The notes under the pieces: model-generated | Databases searched by the model: none | Told to the model about the DNA's origin: nothing | What the model saw: only the letters and a program-made list of their open reading frames with translations | Made by a program: the position numbers and the translations under genes | Origin: Eukaryota sp. GEM-RC1 | Lineage: Eukaryota | Assembly: GCA_040285855.1 (NCBI GenBank) | Contig: JAUFOQ010000013.1 | Coordinates: forward strand, 310,001-374,000 | Length of the DNA stretch: 64,000 nucleotides | Reading direction: 5' to 3' | Shown here: positions 13,012-25,213 of the stretch, in pieces | Layout: each line of letters opens with the position of its first letter | Numbering within the stretch: position 1 is the stretch's first letter

Positions 13012-13858
13012 TAGTGTTACGAGAAACGTAACAAAATTTAGCTGGAAACGTTTCAGAAACGTTTCCACGTTTCCGAAAACGCATATTTATGTGTTCAATT
13101 CTCATTTCTTCCTACTCCTATTTCTCTCTTCCAAATTTTGTAAAATATCAACACTCTCACTGTTTTGTAGTATGTCTCAACGACATTGATGAAGGTGAAA
13201 TAGTTCAGAATGCAGACAGCAACGACTCTTCGTCACTTTTCTCTCTCAGTGGCCGAAGAAAAGACTCTACTGATTACCTTGTAAGCACGGCCTCTTCAAA
13301 CTGGATGTTTCCTTGTATTAGATGGAAGAAATGATCCACATATGATCTCTAACATTGTTACACCTGATGGTGCAAGGTTATACGGGTGTATTAGAACTTT
13401 TGCAAATTTTAAAGATACATTGTGGTTATGCTATTTTTATAGAAGTTAATAATGTTATGGAATAAATCAATCTAGTGTACACGTACGTTAAAAAAGATGG
13501 TCAATGTCGGTAGACGAATGAAAAGAAGTTCCTAGGATTTCACATTAGTCATAGAAGTGAAGAAGACGAAGAAGTTTCGGATGATTTAGTTCGACGACTG
13601 GATGAAATTGCCAATATCCTTCTTGGTGGCTTGAAATTGAGTTTTAGGGTATTGTCTTCAGTACTCACTCACAATGTATCACAATCTGTAGTAGTTGATG
13701 AGTTTCTGTAGTACAAAAACAAGTTAAAACCAGACACGAAATTTACGTTTCCGAAACGTATTTTACGTTTCCATGTTTGTTTCCATACTGATATGTTTAT
13801 TGGAAACGTTTCGGAAACGTGGGAACGCTGAAACGTAGAAACGTTTCTCGTAACACTA
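13012..13858. mobile_element. non-autonomous hAT-type element (MITE)
   Basis: Perfect 18-bp TIR TAGTGTTACGAGAAACGT/ACGTTTCTCGTAACACTA; perfect 8-bp TSD AAAGGAAC; subterminal GAAACGTTTC palindromes. Confidence 0.95.
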
Positions 13859-14656
13859 AAAGGAACTACTGAAATTCAATTTGACGGAATCCGTAAATTA
13901 TTACCGTATTACAGTCAAAAACTGTATATAGCGGGATTATTTGAACCTTCGCTTTATAGAGTTTCATCTTGTATGTAATAAACACATTGTACATCTCCAC
14001 TATACACCATATTTGGTACCCACAAAGGTAACCTTCGTTAATATAAATTTACAAAAACAAACAAAGCTTCATTCTCAAGTCATCTAAGAACAGTGGTTGA
14101 AAGTAAGAAACATATTAAGGTCAAATACTAGACTCTATCTTTTGTCATCATCGATTTTCATCAATACGATCACTGTCATCAGGGTTCTTTTCGGATGCAA
14201 AGTGACAGCAGGAGTACCATTCTATGGTCGTGATGAAAATGAGGAGATGCGTTGAAAAAGAAGAAGAAGTTACGTCTGCGGATTTTCATAAAAAAGCGGT
14301 TAATGATCGTTTTAGACGCGGATGTCTAGGTGAATTATTATTTTGAAGTGTCAAAGTATCACTTATGTGCAACACTAGATATATAAGTACGAAAGAAAGG
14401 AGCAATTTATGGTTAAATTGTCCTCGTCATGTTATTATGGTTCACCTCTTCACTAAATATTCTTAGACTTCTTTTTATTTATCAACACAATAGTCCTTCG
14501 GATTTCAAAATGCAACAAGGGTTCTCTGCCCAAAGAACTGCCTGGTCCGTATACTATATGACTTTGAACACTGCTTGTGTAATACATTATTTGTAAATCG
14601 TTTTAATAAATCACTTTCAAGTTGAAAGTGTAAACTCGAACTTGCAACAATATGAT

Positions 14657-14825
14657 TACTCTTGGTTCCTTTTAACTGATACAATTTTGATAGCAACTCA
14701 ATAAGACCCGAAGCATTGGGATATAAAATGCAGCTCTACAACATCTTTTCCTGTCACATCCACTGATTTTAAAACGTGGATAGCGAAGAATGCTTAATAA
14801 GGAAGTCTAGAGATCACGTTACATC
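14657..14825. repeat. dispersed ~170-bp repeat, copy 2
   Basis: Same-orientation diverged copy of 10049-10217. Confidence 0.8.
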
Positions 14826-17800
14826 ATGCCAATACTTAAGTGTTATGACATCACCTCAACATATCTGTGCCATTTAATTGACAGAAGAAGTTGACGATTT
14901 CAACATCAATCCCTACACTCTTCTCATAATGGTTCTATAAACCGATCGTTTCCATGCTTGCTTATAGCTGGCATCAATTGCATTGGCATCGTTGTGTGTA
15001 CTAATTGTGCTAGTTCGATGAGTGGCTGGTTCCTTAACAACGACGTCAATAGCATAACTTTGTAATTAATGCCAACTATAAGAATGCTTTTAATTGTGAT
15101 TTACCATTAAAGATGTACCAGTATCATCAGAAGTGGATATCATCTGATATCGATCGTTCGTCTAAAAGCAGCACAAGTATCTTCTTTTGTGTACGAAGTA
15201 GTCGACCTAGAAGTAAGGATGATCCAGGCAAAATTAGGAAAATTAACTACCCTTTCAACATTTGTGTTACTTAAGTTGAGGGCCAACGGAAATTGTGTGT
15301 CAAAACATGGTTAACATCCACAGTCAACCCCTCACAATTTCTCTCTTTTAATTACAACTCGTTTTTCACAATATTTGTCTGTATCAATCGACATTCAATA
15401 AACTTCCATGTCTATCCTGAGCGTCTCAATAGGACACTATTCCAGAGGTAAGATCCTTGGCCATCGTAATCGTTATGCGAGAGTTTAAACAACAGAATAG
15501 TACATTACAGTTGAAAATTGACTTTTTGTCAGACTCTAATTTTGAAGTACATTTGAAAAAGACAACTCGACAAGGAGATATATACCTTTCAAGTAATTTC
15601 AGCTATCTAAAAAAACCTGCGAAAACTTTAAACACTTATTGTTAGAGTCTATTTGGCTAACATTTCACTTCTAGATCTTACATCGTTCAAAAAAGCTAAG
15701 AGGAAGAAACATGGACTCTAAAAGATTAAACACTTTATTGACAAGTTCAAACTCTACGAATTTAAATCGACTGCTTTGCCATTGAAGAACTTTGTGCCCA
15801 AACGTTGACTGAAAATAATTTCTGCTGCAATTGATTGTCCGCATCATATTTGATTCTTTGCTGAACAACGTTCAGATACTATAGTCAAATGAACATTCTT
15901 CCAGTAGAGTCTCTGACTCGTGACGAACTCAGAGTCATTAAAGATAGATTACTACAACTTGATTAATTGGTGAATTATCCGTAGAAGACCAGACATATTA
16001 CTGTCAATGGGAAAGTCTGTGGAAAAAACAGTAATGGAGTTTAAACAATTTCCAATCAGTTGAATGAATTAGCTAAATTAATTAAACCGATAACTTTGAG
16101 TTAATAGAACACTCTTACAGGTTCAACATCTACAACCGAAAGGAAGTGGTTCACATTTGACTTTCAATTGCCAAACAGAAGGTTAAAAATCACCAACGAT
16201 CATTTAGATGACATCCAGAGTAAGAATTGATTGAACTCTTTTTCTCTTGACCCGAAAGTCTCTTAAATTCAGAATTCCCAAATTAAATGGACAATTTCAT
16301 ACCAACCCAGAATCCCGCCCACTCCTCTTACCCTTTAATACTTCACGGTAACTTGAGAACATTGACTCGAGAATTGCTCTCAACATGGACTTATAGATTT
16401 CTATAAGGAATACACCTTTCGTCGGTATTAGTGGTAATTCATATTTGGATTCATGTTTGGAAGTTCGCTTTCTGACTCTAGACGTTAAACTGCTTCAGCA
16501 CCTTCATGGAGCTGCAGAACTTCATCACGTGATATCCACAACTTGGAATGAATTGAAGATGACAAAAGAGGCTATTGGTATTACACGTAAAGAGGAGATC
16601 CTGGATACCAACATAATCGCATTAACAACAAATGTCTATAATTGTTGTCGTAATATAGAAATTGAGTGTTTATAAATGTGTTTCCTTGTACAAAAGTGTT
16701 GACCAATATAATTTGGTTAATGCTGTTTCCAACATTGTGCGCAAATCGTTTCCTGATACTTCAAGAGATGCAGGTCATATGTGCTTAATCTTTGTGTCAA
16801 ATAAGGTATTTCGGCCATCTCTCCCCTAACAAATAAGGTAACTAATTACTTATATTTGTTATCTTAGTCTTAGAGCAACAAATGATTTTACTGTTTCAGT
16901 ATGGTGTGTCATTCTTCAGTCTAGTTTGACTTTGATGGGTTAACTGTTGCCCACCTTTTGAATTCCAATCACTTACCAGAATCCCGCTCTGTCTCCTCAA
17001 ATTTTTCATCAGAGATTTGACTGTTTACATATTTCACAAAATACAGAACTTCTCTTTTTTAAACGGATTTTGAAGTCAGTATTAAGTTTCTCCATTGAGT
17101 GTCGTATTCAATTCAGTATAATAGTCTTCTGGATTGGCTAATACTTTGAGAATCAGAAAGCCAAAATAAAGACGAAGTTATTATGTCTAAAGTTGAATCA
17201 AAATCATTTAAAACCTGCAGTATACCCAACAAAAAATTTTTAAAAAAGATAAAACGTTGCTTAAAACTGTACGAATGAAATTCAGAGTGGAAGAAATTAC
17301 TTCCTCCAAAAACAGAACTACATGAATCTACCAAGTAGAATCAAAAAATAAAGAAACCAATCAATGAACCGTTTAAAGGGAATTCTGTGTGTCAAAAAAC
17401 GGAAACAGAGAAGACACAAAGATTGTATCTGAGTTCAAATTTTGAAATAGGCAAAATGCACCTTCATAAATCAACCACAGGACTAGTGTCAATGAGTTGA
17501 TGACGTGACGATGTTGTAGAATGAATCAGTTAAGGACAGCACTCAAGACTTCTTTAAAAAACAACGCCACGTGTAAAGCTTAACAAGGTGGTGTAACAGA
17601 CAACTGGCGTGGTAGCCTGTGACAGAGAAGTGGTTTCTGAAATCATAAGAATGTGGAACAATTGTGCGTGTAACACTTGAACTCATGTCAAAAGCGGCTT
17701 TTTGGGTCGAAAAAGTGAAACCGAGAAGTTCATCCAATCTGGATATCTTACCTAGGCTTTGAGAAAGAAAGCAACGGTAACGATTGGTCTGACTAACGGA

Positions 17801-18282
17801 AACTCCAGAAATCCACCAAAGGAGAAAAGACGAGGAGGACATAACTTGGGGAGATGTGATTTCTGGGAAATGAGTGTGAGAGAAGCAGAACTGGAAAGTT
17901 GGAACACAATCTCCTAATGAGAATGTGTATTACGATGTGGAGGGAATGGGGAAGAACTACTGATGGTAGTCGCAGTATTGATGACATGAGTCATGGTAAA
18001 AACCAAACTTCCAACGAATCCTTTCAAGAGTTCGGTCGTGTCAAAATCGTATTCTTTACTAATGTGTATGCTGTAAAGAGGAACCCTGATTTCACTTTTA
18101 TTGTGTCGTCATTTTGGTACCAAAGTGGAACTAATTCGTTATCTACATTTGTTGTTCAATGTCAGAAAAACACTATGGTCTCGTTTTTCCTTGATTGTAT
18201 GAATATATCACATCAAGAATTCTACAGAAGTCATTGTTGTTCTCTACAGTGAGTTTTTTCTTTCTACTTTTCGACATATCAA

Positions 18283-20908
18283 ATAAGTACTCCAACCACT
18301 GATCAAAGTCTACTCTCTGCCCTCTGCGCAGCAATTTCGGGAGCTTCACTCGATCTTGCTGAATGGAATTGGCAGCAATTCACGATCTCGTTGGTCTTCC
18401 TGTTCTTGCCGCCGCTAGCCTTGTTATCGAACATTCTTCCCTCTTTGAACCTGTGGGAGCTGCAATAACCAATGTTTTCGCCATCTTCCGTGAAATCAAG
18501 TTCAACAAGACTAAATCTGATGTCCTCGCTGCCCGGCTTCTCCGCCTTACCAAAGTTGCTTTTTTCCCCTCGAAATTGTCCCTAATCTCTCAGACTCCCC
18601 CGTCGTGTGTCAAGTGATCAACAACTTCATCTCTGTCTCCACCAGAATCACTCACTGTCTACAACAATACAATGACTCTAAATGGTTCAAGAGAACCTTT
18701 TCTCGGGCAAAGTTCAAGGAAGAGTTTGAGGAATGTAACGACCTTCTTGATAACTTTTCTTCTGAACTATCTCTAGCATTCAATGGGGTTACTCTAGAAA
18801 AACTTTCAGCTTTATCCTCCACAACTATTGACGCTATTAACACCCGTGATGAAGAAGATTTTCAGAGTGCAAAGGCTGCTCATAGTCAGTCAGTGGTGAA
18901 CCAAATGACGGTAAAATATTCCGAATTAATGAAAAAGTTAGATGAAACCATTCAAACTTCTCAAAAACTACAACTTCGGAATCAGTTGGATAATGTTTCA
19001 AAGCAAAAAACAGAATTCGAAAAGCAAATCTCTGAAAGTCAAAACCAAGACAATATTGAAGCCACTATTGATGCTGAAGATTTGGAATTAGAATGGGAAT
19101 CCTCAATCCACAGTGGTCAATCAGAAGTAGTTTTTGCCGTGTATGTCTTGGCTGACGTCATTGTCAAACTTTATCCTGGTAATAATTGTATTTCTGCTGA
19201 GCTGGCAAAGGAATATCGTCTTTTGATGTCTCTTCCCAATGAACCTTCTGTCCCAAGAATATTTGGAATTGCTAAAGTATTCAAAATGGGAAGACCAAGA
19301 TTTGGCTTAGTCATGGAACGTCTCTCAAATGAAACCTTGAAAAACAAAATTACAGGAATTAAAAATGTAAACCAAAAATTAGACATTTTAATTCAATTAG
19401 CCAAAACTCTTGCCACGTGTCATGAAGCTCACTATCTTCATCGTGATTTAAAACCAGATAATATTTTGTTTAGATCTCGAGTTCCTGTTATAATTGACTG
19501 GGGTAGTGGTAAAAACATTGGATCTGATAACATGTCTCTTTCTTTAGCTGGAAATCGAGTTATTACTCCTAGTTGGACTAGTCCTGAACTTGCCTCTGGA
19601 AAAAGTGTTTACAGTGATAGAATTGACGTTTTCTCATTTGGATTAATTATTATTTACGTGTTAACTGGTCAATCTATTTGGGAACAAGTTCTTAATAATG
19701 AACAACGAGATCAAGTAATTATTAACAAGCTTTCTTCTGGAGATATTCCAGCTGTCCCTTACCACTCTAGTCTTCCAATGTGTTTGTATCCTTTACTTTG
19801 CCAATGTCTTTTATACGATTATGCATTGAGACCAGATATGTCTGAGGTGTTGTCAGTGTTGGTTGCTTACAGAAAAAAAACTCCTTTAATCGAATGTTTG
19901 AGTTATGAAAACTTGCCTCTTTGTAATTATGCTCTTTCTTCAATTGACAGTGATTACATTAGTAACGCTGATTCTCAACTTCGTCGAGACTTATACTCTA
20001 AGTTCTTGGACTTGCTTTTTCATTGTTACTCTGAAGATCTCAGTTCAAGGTATTTTGGTGTCATGAATCTGATAGAAGATACTGACAATCTTTCTGGTGA
20101 TCTTATTGAAGAAAAAAGACGTGTAAAAGATCTGCTTAAACAAAAATTTGAAGCTCAATCAAGTGTTCCTGTCTTGAATTTGAATAATCTTACTCCTGGT
20201 GAAATTGATATTAGCCCAGCTGGAAATGTGTTTGGAAATCGTCAATCAAAGGCGCCCCACCATCAATCACTTTTGACCCACATTCAAAACCAAAAAAAAG
20301 CCGCAGTTGATTTGAGTAAGTTAAGCCCTGTAATGAGGAAGATTTTGCAAGATTTAAGGAATGTTCCAGTCAGTAAAATTGATATGTATGTATACTCATC
20401 GAAATTTGGGGGTAATACGAATGGACATGTTGGTTCAGAAGGTGCCATTGCATTGGCAGATGCTTTAAAGGTGAATTCCACTGTTACTCAGATTAAACTT
20501 CAGAGAAACTCTATTGGTACTGAAGGTGCCATTGCATTGGCTGACGCTTTGAAGGTGAATTCCACTGTTGTCCGGATTTGTCTTAAGAGAAACTCTATTT
20601 GTATTGAAGGTGCCATTGCATTGGCTGACGCTTTGAAGGTGAATTCCACTGTTACTTGGATTCATCTTCAGCATAACGCTATTGGTATTGAAGTTGCCAT
20701 TGCATTGGCAGAAGCCTTAAAGGTCAATTCCACTGTTACTGATATTAATCTTGCGAATAACGCTATTGGCACTGAAGGTGCCATTGCATTGACAGAAGCT
20801 TTGAAGGTGAATTCCACTGTTATCCGGATTAATCTTGGGGTTAACTCTATTGATTCTAAGACTGTACAACTCATCAAAAGAATCTCAAATAATCGGATCA
20901 ATTTATGA
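18283..20908 (+). CDS. MLKL-like four-helix bundle - coiled coil - Ser/Thr kinase - RI-like LRR protein; 5' part disrupted as assembled
   Basis: N-terminus ...IFREIKFNKTKSDVLAARLLRL...ITHCLQQYNDSKWFKRTFSRAKFKEEFEECNDLLD resembles MLKL NTD; kinase motifs VIVK, HRDLKPDN, DWG, TSPE, DVFSFG; five LRRs. Relative to the paralog at 28754-29542, the start is ATA and there are two 1-bp deletions (~18381, ~18565). Confidence 0.8.
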
Positions 20909-21605
20909 GGGTTTCTTCTATCATCATCTTTTTCAGTTAGTACTCTTACTAGAATATTGTATAAAATTTAGAAAGTTCATTTTCATATACTTGAAAATCT
21001 TTGGATCTGTTTTCCCATCGCCAAGTATTACGTATCTTTCAGCCTATTGCTGCTACGAGTTTGCTTGTGTATCACAGTCTGCATTGTAACACAGTGCTAA
21101 TTCTATACTGCAGTGATGCGATGAAATTAATTTAATTTAAATTATCAATTCTTGACACCCTCAAATAATTAATTATAATTCAATTAATGTTTCCACATCA
21201 TTGCTATAATGTGTTGTGTACTAGTAGTGTTGGTATATTAAAAGCTATATAATTATACTGTCAGCTCATGAGGGATGGGAAACCGTGTTAATTTGACTAA
21301 CTGATGGATTGTAGCTGTAGGGATTTGAATCTTGGTACATAAGCTGAAGAAGGGTCAATTAGGGAATTCAGTGTGTGTACTATCAAACAAATGAGTTCAA
21401 CAGAACTAGAAGCTTCTAAGCCAAAGAAAACACGTCATCATGTACAATGTCCAATTTCCTTCCCTATGACTTGCAAGCACATTGTTTGCCAACAATGAGC
21501 CTTTACCACAACTGAATGTCATTTTCAATGAACCATCCGCCTTCCAAATCCTGTCAATGAACTACTTTTCTTTATCTCATCACTAAGTATCATTTAAAAA
21601 TTTGA

Positions 21606-23768
21606 AATGATCTTGATTTGGATCGCTCTTTTCGTGTCCCTGGACTTTCTGATAACGATGACCTTCTTCCCTTTGAAACTCATGATCATCAAGCCTACGA
21701 TTACTCTCTCCCAACAATCGACCTTCAGAGAAAGTCCTCCGCTGAAACAACGTGTCTGGTAAACGCCAACTTTTCCTGCCACTTTTATAACACGTTTCCT
21801 TTCCTCAAGGACATATCCATCTACAACTTGATCATAGCTGGTGGTGCTGTTCAGAAAGTTATATGTGGTCAGAAAATTTACGACCACTCAAACAGTGACA
21901 TTGACTTCTTTATCATTGGAATTAACTCGATTAATCAAGCCACTGCAAGAGTCAATCAGTTTATTAATGAGTTAAAGGAACATTACTCATATGTAGTAAG
22001 AGATTAACATTGCATAACATTATAATCAACCAATGTTAGAACGTTTACCCGACGGCCAGAATGCCAGATAATTCTCCGTCTTTATTCCTCTAAGTCAGAG
22101 ATTCTTCATGGCTTTGAACTAGGTTCAAGTCAAGTTGGTTTTGATGGGAAACAGTTGTTTACCACTACTCTTGGTAAGTTGTCCTATACTCAGGGGTGTG
22201 AAAATATTTATTTAAATATATTGTTTATTGTTTTCGATAAAAATAAATATATTGTTATTGTTTTTGACAGAAATAAATATATTGTTATTGTTGTCGAAAA
22301 CAATAAATATATTTATTTATTGTCAATAAATATTGGTTAATTTTATTTAGTGTCCATGTATCAATAATCAGACAAGAACAGCTCTAACATTTTTTATGAT
22401 ATATCAAATGTTCCTCAGACTTGTCATCGTCCTAAAGGAGCTCAATAGATTGTGTAGTGAATAAGACTCTGATTGAAGATACTTTTTTGGAGTAACTCCA
22501 ATTGCACAACAACAGAACAGTTTGGGTTTCTGTCGTATTAAGCAGGACAAATCGTGTCAAGTACAGATTTGAAAAGTAGTGGGTAACAATGTCATTATGT
22601 TCAGACATAAAGAAGACTCAGATAGAACTGTATCGTGCTCAGCAACCTCCAATCGATCACTTTACACTGCATTTCTTCAAATATGGCACAATGAAAGAGA
22701 GATGTTTATTCGGCACCCAATAAGGTAACCTTCCTACAAACTATGAAATTGTAAAAACAATGTATTTCTGAAAAACACAGACAAATAGGATACCAAAATA
22801 TTTAAATATATTGCAATATATTGCAATAATATTGTTTATTGTTTCGACCAACAATAAATATATTGTTGGTAACTCACAGAACAATAAATAAATAAATAGA
22901 TATTTATTGCAATTAATACAATATAAATATATTTTTTCTCACCCCTGCCTATACTTATATGATCAATGTTGTAGATCCCTCAAGAAGATCCACTTCCTAT
23001 GAGCACAGATTAGGGAAGTATTTTCAACGTGGTTTTAAGATTGTTCTTTCGAATTTAAATGTCAACAAGTTGAGAACGGAAATTATTGGTGTAAATTATT
23101 TTGAAGGGTTAGCGTATTGTAGCTTATCTTTCAAAGAGAATGCTGGCGAAGGAAACCGAATTCTTGTTGATTGTGTATCACGATCCTTCAGGCATCAACT
23201 TGCGTCAGATTATAACCAACATTTTGACAATCCTTTCGAACTTGAGGATATCTCGAATACTTACCAAAATCTTGGTTTCACTTTGATTGACGTTGCTACT
23301 TTGGCTGGCAATGTACAGTCTTTGATCACTGGAAGAAATATGTTCAGTTCAACTAAACTGCCAGTGGAAGATGAAGAAGTTGATTTACGTGAAATTCCTT
23401 TCTATTGGGGTGAAGCTCCAAAGTTTTCTGATTCCAGGGGATATGGAATCACTGAATTCTATAATGACGTGAAGTTAGTATCTTCACGTAAAGAATTAAT
23501 CAAATCTTCTTTATATAAGTTTTTTAATGTTATTCCAATTTCCGAAGTGATTGAATTTTTGAGTTCGTCTGCTTTTTTTGAACAGAAACTTTTGTTTCTT
23601 GAAAAATTAAAAGAGAGACAAATTCAAGAAGTCTCAAAGTTTGTTAATCATAACATTGTTGAATCAAAAACTCTGACTTTTATTACTGAGAATCCTGGAA
23701 CTCAGCTAACGTCATCAGTCAATCCGATTATTGAAGATCCTATTGCCTATTATGGTGATTACTATTGA
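21606..23768 (+). pseudogene. pol-beta-superfamily nucleotidyltransferase-like gene (family known from giant viruses and fungi), split by a MITE and two stops
   Basis: IAGGAV...SDIDFFI motif, QIILRLYSSKSEILHGF, DPSRRSTSYEHRLGKYFQRGF, and C-terminal NPGTQLTSSVNP...YYG. Removing 22191-22955 restores ...GKLSYTYMINVVDP in frame; in-frame TAA stops at ~22005 and ~22023. Confidence 0.75.
22191..22947. mobile_element. non-autonomous hAT-type element inserted in the nucleotidyltransferase gene
   Basis: TIR CAGGGGTGTGAAAA/TTTTCTCACCCCTG; perfect 8-bp TSD CCTATACT (22183-22190, 22948-22955); AATAAATATATTG subterminal repeats. Confidence 0.95.
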
Positions 23769-23884
23769 CCCACTCCCTTCGAAACAATCTGAAGGCGACG
23801 AACTTTAGCATTTTGAATTTTTCTGTATTCTTAAATTTTTCTTTAAAATATTTTTAATATACTTTTTTAAATAGACTGTTAATT

Positions 23885-24205
23885 TTGAATTATCTTACTC
23901 CTGGTGAAATTGATGTTAGTCCAGAAACCGAAACTGAATTTCCAAACACTAAAGTCCTTGAATTGAACACTTCCCTAGCAAATGAACTTAAAAAAGAGAC
24001 AACTAAGGAGGAATTAGCTTTTGAAGGTAATCAAGAAGCTGTAGACCGAGGTGATACTGAAGCCATGGTTAATCTGGGTAACTGTTCTCTTAATGGTATT
24101 GGGGTAAACAAGAACAAAAGACAAGCTGTTTACTGGATCTTGGAAGCTCACTCTAAGGGAAACTCTAATGCAAGAGTAAACTTAAAGAAAACTACTCATT
24201 GGTGA
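23885..24205 (+). pseudogene. Sel1-like repeat C-terminal gene fragment
   Basis: AVDRGDTEAMVNLGNCSLNGIGVNKNKRQAVYWILEAHSKGNSNA matches the SEL1 pattern; no ATG; begins with a linker shared with the kinase-LRR gene. Confidence 0.7.
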
Positions 24206-24849
24206 CTCTTTCTCTCAAGTTTCCTGAAGTTTTCTTTCCTTCAACACCATTGTCGTGGTTTCCAACATAAGGTTTGTATCTGGTAACAATGAAAGTATCT
24301 TATGTGAATACTATAGGGATGTCCTCGCCCTGTACTCTTCTTGAGCGTACTCTTCTTATACACCTATTCTGCTTGATCGTTTCTCTCTTGCCTCAAGTAA
24401 TCTCATCTTAATCTTCTGTTAGGAATGCTGTTAACTTAGGAAGGAAGTTACGTCATTGAGTGTCATGAATTTGCTTCTATAGAAGACCATGTATATTCTT
24501 AACATCAGTAATTCACTTGTCATTGGCTTTTGCACATATACTGAGTACAATCAGGTTCTCAGAATTGATGACGTCATTACACGTGTTTTACTCACATTGA
24601 TGTGTATTTTTCCACATGTATGTGTGTAGTTCTATTCTGTAGAGGAAGGAATTTTCACTACTCAGAATTTCACATTTACCCCCAGTTTGAAAATCAAATT
24701 TGATTTTAACCCATAACAGGATATGAAACTTATCTAACACAAATTCACTATTCTTACTCATCGAAACTAATCAACTATCAGTGATTTATTGGTCATTGTT
24801 ATAATACTTTATACTACTATTTCTGTTATGATCTGTCAATTTCTGTTGA

Positions 24850-25213
24850 GTTGGCCGCTTCTGATATTCTCTTAATTCCTTTCTTAGTATACGAATATTA
24901 AGAAGCAGATGCCATGTGTATTTAACTAAAGCGCTGACTAGAACACTGTTAGAAAATTCCCGTACAATGTAGTAGCAAGAGAAACATCCAACGGACAACA
25001 AAGAAAGACCCTCTCGCCACTTTCATAGTCAATACGTAAAAGGATAAAAACTCTATCAAAGTTTAGCACTTCTATTGGTAACTGATTGAAAAACTGATTC
25101 AGTGGAGTGAGTTACTGTTGGTATACTCCTGTAACAATCTGGTCTTTGCCAATCCGGTGGAGTTGATGACTGGCAAAACTGGGGATTTCTACTGTTCCAT
25201 GAGCTTGCATTAG
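24850..25213 (-). ncRNA. candidate Fanzor omega-RNA region; boundaries uncertain
   Basis: Lies directly 3' of the Fanzor ORF; 10-bp stem TTTGCCAGTC/GATTGGCAAA on the minus strand (25145-25177, one G-U pair); a second stem at ~24852-24914. Confidence 0.35.

Noticed and set aside
17543..18252. Several overlapping short ORFs upstream of the kinase gene
   Set aside because: No recognisable domain and inconsistent frames; cannot support a gene call
22005..22025. In-frame TAA codons suggesting a TAA/TAG=Gln genetic code
   Set aside because: Intact genes here end at TAA or TAG at homologous C-termini (4904, 44253, 53579), long ORFs lack internal TAR codons, and this gene is independently broken by a MITE
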